The position numbers and the translations under genes are program-made. A stretch of 64,000 bases of DNA from Octopus sinensis (lineage: Eukaryota), in the NCBI RefSeq assembly GCF_006345805.1, contig NC_043011.1, positions 57,982,464 through 58,046,463 on the forward strand, given 5' to 3'. Positions 54,940 through 64,000 of the stretch are shown piece by piece (within the stretch, counting starts at the first letter, position 1; the number at the start of each line of letters is the position of its first letter). Below the pieces are notes generated by a model. That model saw only the letters and a list, made by a program, of their open reading frames with translations, was not told where the DNA came from and did no database searches.

Positions 54940-55072
54940 CTATAGCTGGAATTTACAGAAAAACAAAAGACGAACACAGGTCTATAAACAACTAGCAGGC
55001 GTATTAGTTCAACGCTCGGAAACGTGAGAAAGTATTTTACTATTCGAGCCTACGCTCTTCAACTGAAACAAT
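54940..55072 (-). mobile_element. Degenerate PLE terminal-repeat fragment (family A; core decayed, stem II intact)
   Basis: Minus strand reads tttcagttgaagagcgtaggctcgaatagta...gagcgttgaactaatac...ttcgtcttttgttttt, homologous to 62481-62610. Confidence 0.6.
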
Positions 55073-55770
55073 TCTAACAGGGATTTCGAAACTTCCGCCA
55101 GCTAATCCTTCGTCGTAGTCTCCGATGGTGGCTTAATTCGCCATAACTCTGAAGTCACTGTTAATACTATGCTTGTTAAAGAATACTAACTTTGTGTTCT
55201 ACGATACTGATTGAGAAATCTTTCACTTTAAAGTAAAATGCTTTCTATAATAGCATAGTAAATATATATATATATATACATATAAACTGTCATATACATA
55301 CACACATACATACATGTATACATACATACACATATATATGTGTGTGTGTGTGTGTGTATGTGTGTACCTCTAAAATCAATGGTGAATTGAGGTTGAAGCA
55401 ATCAGTTACTAAATGATTTGGAATCAGACAAGTGTCTCCTGCAGGTATTTTCAATTGTTACACACATGACAGAAAACAGCTTATTTTAGGTAAACGATCA
55501 TGCGAAAGAAACAAAAAAAAACAAAGGAACAAAAACAAAATAGAAAATAAACATAAAAAAACAATCGGGAACACGGTACAGTACGTTTAATACGCTGACT
55601 TGAAAAAAGAAATCTCTTCACCCTGATGTGCTAACAATCCTTTACATATTATTACACTGTGGCATGAAACTTGATTTATAGCTACGCATAGATATATGTG
55701 TGTGTGTGTATGTATGCCTCTATATATGTAGGTATATTATATATATATTATATATATATATATATATATA

Positions 55771-55811
<41 letters not shown>

Positions 55812-57559
55812 ACGTATGTGTGTGTGCGTTTATCTATGCATCTATATTCATAGAGACAGATAGAAGGATGTTGGTGAGAGAGAAAGAGAAAAAGAGAAAG
55901 ACAAATACAGGTATATGAAATACTATACAATATAAATTCATTTATCAAAATCATCTCTATTCCTATATGATAATGGGAGAAAGTCTCTAGAATGAGAATT
56001 CTCCAGCGTTGACATACCTGTTATAAAAGGACATGCTTATTGCTTGCAGATAAGCGGACAGTCATAGGCACATGTTTCTACCTCAGAATACATCATCAGC
56101 ACGACTACTGTTCTAGTGTATTTCCAGTAGCCAAGGAACCGACACACACACAAACAAAAAGATTAGAGAAGATTTATTATGTTGCAGAACGTAATTTATT
56201 TCTCCGTCGCAACAGCAATTGAAAGTAAGTATGGCAGTCGTTACTTAACGCATGGCGGCAACGGAAACCGAACCGACACCACGATTGCCAATAAGGAGTG
56301 TTTTAGGAACCGATATTTAGGATGTACATGAATTGTATGATAATGATGATGGTGACGACGACAACGAAGATGAAACTGTTCATCTATGATGATAATTGTT
56401 GATGGCATCAATGGAGGTGGTTGTGGGACGCGATAATAATAATTATGAGAGGAAAGACGATATGTATTGAAAGTAATTGAAGATATTATCTGAAGTGTTG
56501 ACGATAGAAATAATGAAGATTACAACGATGATGGTGATGAGTATAGTAATACTGATCAGAGTGATTACTACGAAGATGCTACAAAAGATGATGTTGATGT
56601 TGTCATAGCCACATTCTTCCCTCTCACAGTCACTTTCCATATTACAGTTATTTATAATCGTTTTCGTGTCGATAGTTCTTACCTTTTTATAGCAATAATT
56701 AAATAGTTTAGGATGACAACAGCACCGTTTATACAAGGCAAATGATTTATTTTTTATGGATTTCAGTATAACATAACATCCTAATGAGATTTACAGCGTG
56801 AAAATAATATGCTACATGGCTGCCAATAACTTGACTTAGATAAAGGTGTTACTTATTGTTTTCTTTCTCTCCCTCTCGCTCTCCCTCGCTCTCTCGCTCT
56901 CAGCCACTCACTCCTTCTTTACACTTGTGTACTGTGCGTAAGCGTATGTGTGCGTATGTGTTTGCGTGTCTGTATGTGTGTCTGCACATGCACGTGTATA
57001 TAACTCTATATGTATATATATGAATACGTACCATTATATATGTATAAACATATATTTATACGTATAAATACATACATATACATACATACACACACACACA
57101 GATATATAATATGTATGCATACATCTATGTATATATAGATAGTATATACAGATACGTATATATAATATATATATATTATATATATAATATATCTATATAT
57201 ATATATATATATATACATACATACATAATATATATAACATAATACATATACATATATTCTTATACATGTACAGGCGTTTTGTTGCGTGTTTGTTTATGTA
57301 AACAGGTGTACACGTTAAAATGCGTACATTTACATACATGTGTCTGTGTGTGCGTTTATGTGTGTGTATGCGTGAGATAGATAGATAGATAGACAGGGAG
57401 AGAGGGATAAAGCGTGTTAGGGGTTGCATGTTTATACCGCCTTGTTTTGTCATTGCGTCATAGATATACATGAATGATACTGCTTTTACAGACGTGGTAT
57501 TCATTCATACTATTTCTTTCTTCTGCACGATGTATAGAAAATTGTATATATATAGATAT

Positions 57560-57601
<42 letters not shown>

Positions 57602-57820
57602 TTATATACATAGATATTTTATATTACATATAATATATATGTATATATATGTATATCTATATCATATATATACATAAATGTATATTATATCTATGTATAT
57701 ATTATACATATATGAATATATATTGTGTGTTTGTGTGTGTGTGTATGTGTGTGGCCGCATGTGTACCGTTGCTGATTTTTTTCCTCCGTCTTCCCTTCCT
57801 TGGATTTTTTATTCTTTAAT

Positions 57821-57855
57821 GTTTCTGACGAAGAGCTCCTCTCGAAACGTTAAAC
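57821..57855 (+). ncRNA. Minimal type I hammerhead-like motif, family A (canonical core; best-preserved copy)
   Basis: GUUU-CUGACGA-A-GAG-CUCCU-CUC-GAAA-CGUU/AAAC. Stem I is GUUU:AAAC (4 bp), stem II has 3 bp, the triplet is GUU, and the pLTR tail and (CT)n(TA)n follow. Confidence 0.8.
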
Positions 57856-57968
57856 CCTCCTTCTTTCTTTCCTTTCCTGAGTGTCCAATAACACTATACT
57901 TGTTTCACGTCCACGCGTTGTTGTGTTTTCTCTTTGTGTTTTCATGTTTGGATTAACTCTCTCTCTCG

Positions 57969-58032
<64 letters not shown>

Positions 58033-58262
58033 ATATATATACAAAGTATGGGGGTTTAGTTTACAGGTGACCTAAGCGCTTAGGTACGCTAGGTAAGCAG
58101 TGTAACCGATTACCAGGGCTCCAAGGTTATAGCCGAGACGGTAATGGAGCCATTGCAGATTTCCGATATACCGGATATATAATTGTTAAAAAGGACAACA
58201 AACGTCAAGGCAAGACAAACATCTCAAGTCATATACGTTATTATTATTTGAAGAAATTCAGA

Positions 58263-58318
58263 GTCTTACAGCCGTTTCTGGGATATCCCAGAATATGGGA
58301 TATTTCGTCATCGGGGAC
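58263..58318 (-). ncRNA. Type I hammerhead-like motif, family C (CCGAUGA core, long stem II)
   Basis: Minus strand reads GUCC-CCGAUGA-CGAA-AUAUCCCA-UAUUC-UGGGAUAU-CCCA-GAAA-CGGCUGUA/AGAC. Stem II has 8 bp, ACGGCUGU is self-complementary with G.U pairs, the triplet is GUA, and stem I has 3 of 4 pairs. Confidence 0.65.
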
Positions 58319-58461
58319 AAATAGGAAAAATGAGAAGGGTATGGATTAGTGAAATGATGACAGGAGTAAAGTAATAAGGAGATGAAAAGAGAGAAGGACT
58401 ATAAATATATAATAAGATAGAGAGAGAGAGTGAGAGAGAGAGAGAGAGAGAAAGAAGAGAG

Positions 58462-58659
58462 ACAACGGCCATGCTGGAGCAGGGCCTTGAAGTACTTTTA
58501 GTCGAATGTATCGACCCCAGAACTTACTTTGTAAAATATGGTGTTTATTCTATTACAAAACCGCTAATTTTGTGTCACGTGAACACATCAGCACCGGTTG
58601 TTATTCGGCGGTGGTGGGGACACGAAAAACATTAAAACACGCACACACGCACACACACA

Positions 58660-58719
<60 letters not shown>

Positions 58720-58875
58720 GCGTCTTTCATATTTCGACTTCCAAATCCAGTTACAAGTATTTCGTCTAATCCACTCTTTAGCAGAAGATACTTGTTTAAG
58801 GTGCTACGGGGTGGGACTGAACCCTGAACTATGTGGCTGGCAAGCAAGACTCTTACCACACAGCCATCCCTGCGC
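58462..58875 (-). mobile_element. Head type 2 SINE
   Basis: Full head-to-tail match with an internal (CA)n tract. Confidence 0.85.
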
Positions 58876-58967
58876 CTATACATTGTTTCTTCAGACAATC
58901 TCTATCAAAATCTATATCTATATATAACATGTAATATGTTCCGTTTATTTATCTACCTGTCTATTTA

Positions 58968-59011
<44 letters not shown>

Positions 59012-59899
59012 TATACATTTGATACTCTTTTTAGTTTTTTTATAGTGTAGGTACACATATGAATGTAAATATGTATATAGGCATGTGCATTATCTCAATA
59101 GGTAAAATAAATATATATACGTATATACATAGGTACATACATATATACATACATACACACACACTGGGACACACATATGCATATATATATATATATATAT
59201 ATAAGTATGACCATAGTCCAATGACTGTAACTAGTGAAACACGGAAAAAAGTATATATGCTGAGACTTATAAAATGTACATATAAAACACAGCTAATCGA
59301 GCACGAATATATATATATATGCAATCGAAGCCATAGGAGCAAGTCAAAGATAACTAGACCGTAACGAAATAAAACGAACTTCTTTGGAAAAAACTGTATT
59401 TATAAGCATCGAACCGGAAAAGAAAACAGATAAATAACTCGACCAAAAATAATAATAATAATAATTATAAATAAATAAATAAACACGAGAAGAGAACCAT
59501 ATGTCAATCAACGGATAAAACGTTGAAATACGAAACGTGCTCAACGAACCGAAACGAAACAAAATCTTTTTCTATCGAAAACAATATATAATCGTTTTTA
59601 GAAAAATAAAAATAAAAACTAAAATTTTAAAATGAGCAACAGGAGATATAAACCAGAAGCATTCACTTAAAACAACAAATAAAACATCTTTTGATAAATA
59701 AGTTTATAAAGAAATTCTACAGAAGTAGAAAAATAGATATATGTAACCAAGAGGAAGGTGGGAAACATTAAAGAGAACATTCGTGTGTTTGTGAGAAAAA
59801 TAAAAATAAGATAGGTAGAAAAGACCGTCGTGCGTAACAGTTTGTATCGTGATACATAACTGCATAAAATAACACACGGCAGCCATATTTGCAAAGTAT

Positions 59900-59906
59900 A
59901 AATAGA

Positions 59907-59960
<54 letters not shown>

Positions 59961-60241
59961 TATATATATATATATATATATATAGATATATATACATATA
60001 TATATAGATACATATATATATATATACATACATATATATATATATAGATATATTATATATATATAGATATATATATATATATATTATACACATATATACA
60101 TACATACACACATACATATATATATTATATTTACATACACACATACCGATATTTATACATATGTATCTATATCTGTCTCATATATATCTATCTATTCTTT
60201 TATATATATACAAAGACACGTATAATATATGTATATACACT

Positions 60242-60273
<32 letters not shown>

Positions 60274-60276
60274 CAT

Positions 60277-60318
<42 letters not shown>

Positions 60319-61284
60319 ACACACGCACACGTATATATATTGTATATAATGTATATATAGATCTATATAAATATATATAAACACACACATATATTATGTA
60401 CATGTATATTATATATACATATGTATATGTGCGTCTGTGCTTTTCGTGTGAGTGTGTGTTTGTGTGTCTATGTGTGTGTGTGGTTGTATGCACAGACACG
60501 GACATATATTACGTGAATGCTTTGAAAATATTGACAAGTTTAAAAGTTTTTTTAAAAAAATCTTTCTGATATATTCTTCTGAAAAGAACAAAAACAAAAA
60601 TGGATGCCTGATATTTTTCTTTCTTTTCACTTGAATTGTTTGAGAAAACGAACACCGTCTATACAGAAAAATAATTGTTACGAAAATAAAAAGAAACCCA
60701 ACAATATTAAGCAGACGGCAGTCGACAACAACGAATAAAAGTACAATTTCTATAACGGTAAATTATGCGAATAACAGCGGAGACGTAACAACAGTTCGTC
60801 TCTTGACGACGACATCACCATCTTAACAACTCGGTCATACTGATACCACCCACAATATCAAGAACGACGGCAGTGGTGGGGTTAAATTAAAAGGAAACAT
60901 CAATCAACAGAGGCAAAACAAAACCCCAAAAAATTCAAAAGAATGATGTAAATGAAAGAGCTAATCTTTATAAAGTATGGAACCTGAAATTTTGGATGAA
61001 TGACTTCCAAGGTGAAATAAATGTAGATTGTCTTGAATAAAATGTTCCAGTTCATTATGTTGAGACTTCGGTTTTGGCGTCGTCTTATCAATATGGCGCA
61101 GACGCTGCAAAAGTATATTCTTATAAACATTCACATATGAATGCATGCAGATTGGACTGTATATACATTCATGTTAACAAACATGCTGGGAAAAATGCAT
61201 ACATACATACATACTTACATAAATGTGTACATGTGTGTATGTGTATACATATGCATATAAATAATATGTATATATATATATATC

Positions 61285-61350
<66 letters not shown>

Positions 61351-61415
61351 ATATATAAATATATATATATATATACACATATTTATATACATATATGTTT
61401 CTCTATCGGTATAAT

Positions 61416-61475
<60 letters not shown>

Positions 61476-61570
61476 TACACAACATATGTAAGTACATACA
61501 TATATATAAACACATATGTATGCATACATAAATATATTATGCACACACACACACACATATATATATCTTA

Positions 61571-61620
<50 letters not shown>

Positions 61621-61660
61621 GCATGTATGTATGTAGTTATATATATATATATATATACAG
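59900..61660. repeat. TA/CA-rich compound microsatellite blocks (59900-60480 and 61200-61660)
   Basis: Direct reading. Confidence 0.9.
60961..61110 (-). pseudogene. Small decayed PLE RT fragment
   Basis: RLRHID..ELEHFIQDNLHLFH resembles (W)xRYIDD..L..F+..LN.FHP. Confidence 0.35.
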
Positions 61661-61699
61661 GGATTAATCTTCTCTCTTCGCTCTTTTACGCCATTTGAG

Positions 61700-62620
61700 C
61701 TCAACCCTCCCCCTTTTCATCTATCCTCCCCCAAACTCCTACTTCTCTTCAGTGCTTCATCTTTTCACCCCTACTCTCTTTCCCTCCTCTTCCCTTCTTT
61801 CTCTTCTTACCTCTTCTCCCTCTTCTTCTCTCTTTTTCCCTCTCCCCATTCTCTCTTTCTCTCTGCTCCCTCACTTCCCTTCTCCCCCACTCCCTCCCCT
61901 CCCCTCTCCCTCTCTCCTCCTCCTCCTCTACCCCATCCTCTCCCTCCCCTCCGCCTCTCCCCTTCTCCCCTCTCCCTCATCCCCTCTTACTCTCCCCATC
62001 CCCAAACCTCCACTCTACCCCAACCCCCAGCGGAACCCACACCCCACTTGGGCTTTCCCCACTCTCACCTCCCCCATCTCCCACAACATCACACCACACT
62101 ACACTACACCATACAATATTACACACCACATCACAACATACCACTCACAGCACACCGCCCACACACCCATCCTCACATATTTACACCTAAACATACATAC
62201 ACATATCTCATCACAACACACCACCCACACACCCATCCCCACATCTCCACAACCACACATATACACACACCTCAAGACCACCAGCCGTCTTTCACACGCA
62301 CATACATACTATCTTATACACACACGCACCTTTCTGTTGGGGGCACTTTCGTTTTGGAAGTCACTTGACCCTGTTATCTCCCCTGACCACTGTTCGAAGT
62401 CAGGACGCCATGATAGACCGTTAGCTCTTACACGCATTTTTTTCTCTCCTTGGTTCTCTCCTTGTTTCTTTTCTGCGTATCTTTCTGTCGAAGAGCGTAG
62501 GCTCGAAACGTCAAAGACTTGTTCTATTTCTATTCCTGAGCGCCATACTAATACATTTGTTTGTTTGTACTCCACCTGCCCTCATCTTTTTATTTATTTT
62601 CGTAAACCTTCCCGTTTTAT
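61700..62620 (+). mobile_element. PLE-type 3' UTR plus terminal repeat (non-coding remnant)
   Basis: C/T-rich then CA-rich low-complexity sequence like the 12.9-13.1 kb region, followed by the hammerhead motif and a tail ending in (TA)n. Confidence 0.55.
62481..62518 (+). ncRNA. Minimal type I hammerhead-like motif, family A (A6U core variant)
   Basis: UCUUU-CUGUCGA-A-GAGC-GUAG-GCUC-GAAA-CGUC/AAAGA. Stem I has 5 bp, stem II has 4 bp and the triplet is GUC. Confidence 0.75.
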
Positions 62621-62756
62621 ATATATATACATATGTATCTCTCTGTGAGAGAGTTGTGTGTGTCTTTCATTGTATGTACGCATCTTTGCTCATGATCTTG
62701 TTTAGAAATTTGCACATATGCACGCGAACACTCACTCACACACAAACGCATACACG

Positions 62757-62791
<35 letters not shown>

Positions 62792-62853
62792 ACAAATATA
62801 TTTATGTATATATATATATACACATTTATATATATATACATATATATATTATA

Positions 62854-62885
<32 letters not shown>

Positions 62886-63637
62886 GCATATACCTGTGTA
62901 TATATATACATATATGTATATATGTGTGTATGTGTGTGTAAATTTATTCATACACATAGATATTCATGAGTATATATCGTAGGTGAAATGTGAGCCAAAT
63001 TTTGACCCAAGGAGAGAGTGTAGGGAGAAGAAAGAGAAAGAGAGAGGGAGAGGGAGAGAGAGAGAGAGAGAGGGGGTGAGCGTAGGAGGGAGGGATAACG
63101 TAGGACTCTCATCCAATTCGTTGGTAAGTGTTCACCGTTTTAATATGAACCATAAAATATATGTTTGACAGCCGTCTCACAAATTTATCAAATATTATAT
63201 TTATATATATTTATTCACTTACCCAATATCAACATGTGTGATTTGGCACAATCTCTGAACTGGTGATCTATCGCTATCAATTCATCAATGGTAGCCCATA
63301 TTTCACTTTGACCTCAGGCTTTACACCTTTGTTTTGTCCTTTGCCATATATTTCATTGCCTAAATAAATATTTGTGAAATATGGCGGTTGTGTTTTAATA
63401 TTTTAAAGTGTTTCGCAGGAGAGAATTTTTTTGTAATGATTATTTTTCAGGGCCGAGGGTTAGGTGGCGAGAAAAAAGTAATCGAGCTTTTGACTAAAGT
63501 TTTAAAATACATTGACAGACGCTAAAATGCTTCTCGGGGGAAGAATAATTTGTTGAACCCGGATGGTAGTTTAAGACTGTGGTCTAAATTGTACGTCCTA
63601 AGTGAATGACCTTGATATCAACCGTTTATAAATGTGG

Positions 63638-63705
<68 letters not shown>

Positions 63706-63722
63706 ATCTATCTATCTATCTA

Positions 63723-63753
<31 letters not shown>

Positions 63754-63797
63754 GTCTATCTGTCTGACTGACTGACTGCCTGCCTGTAAACATATGT

Positions 63798-63828
<31 letters not shown>

Positions 63829-63835
63829 CATAATA

Positions 63836-63899
<64 letters not shown>

Positions 63900-63907
63900 C
63901 ATATATA

Positions 63908-64000
63908 TAGGGAGAGTTTACGAAAAAAACAAAAGACGAAGACAGGTGGTGTACAAAACAAACAGATGTATTAGTATAACGCTCAGGAATAGGAAAAGTC
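63908..64000 (-). mobile_element. Tail of another family A terminal repeat, cut by the window end
   Basis: Reverse complement gacttttcctattcctgagcgttatactaatacatctgtttgttttgtacaccacctgtcttcgtc matches 62517-62610 and abuts (TA)n. Confidence 0.75.

Noticed and set aside
56070-56102. CUGAUGA...GAAACAUGU on the minus strand
   Set aside because: There is no stem II or stem I pairing and the triplet would be GUG; likely chance.
56051-56224. Segment bounded by ttgcag| and |gtaagt
   Set aside because: All three frames contain stops; it could be a non-coding exon but there is no supporting evidence.

Overview
AT-rich, microsatellite-dense eukaryotic DNA. The tRNA-derived SINE families and (TA)n/(ATCT)n/(CA)n load look like an octopod cephalopod (Octopus-type) genome; this is inferred from recalled repeat families, not from a search. 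I find no convincing host protein-coding gene, and nearly all ORF-track entries are translations of simple repeats, so the window is probably intergenic or intronic. It contains one 5'-truncated Penelope-like element (PLE; RT thumb, GIY-YIG endonuclease, about 2.7 kb microsatellite-rich 3' region, terminal repeat) at about 12460-16200 on the minus strand. It also holds decayed maT/mariner, Hero/R2-superfamily, PLE, CR1-group and possibly Kolobok fossils, and many SINE copies from four head types. The most notable signal is a set of minimal type I hammerhead-ribozyme-like motifs from three distinct sequence families in PLE-type terminal repeats, most of them beside (TA)n tracts. Members of all three families carry a CCGANGA core instead of CUGANGA, and one family forms a head-to-head palindrome.
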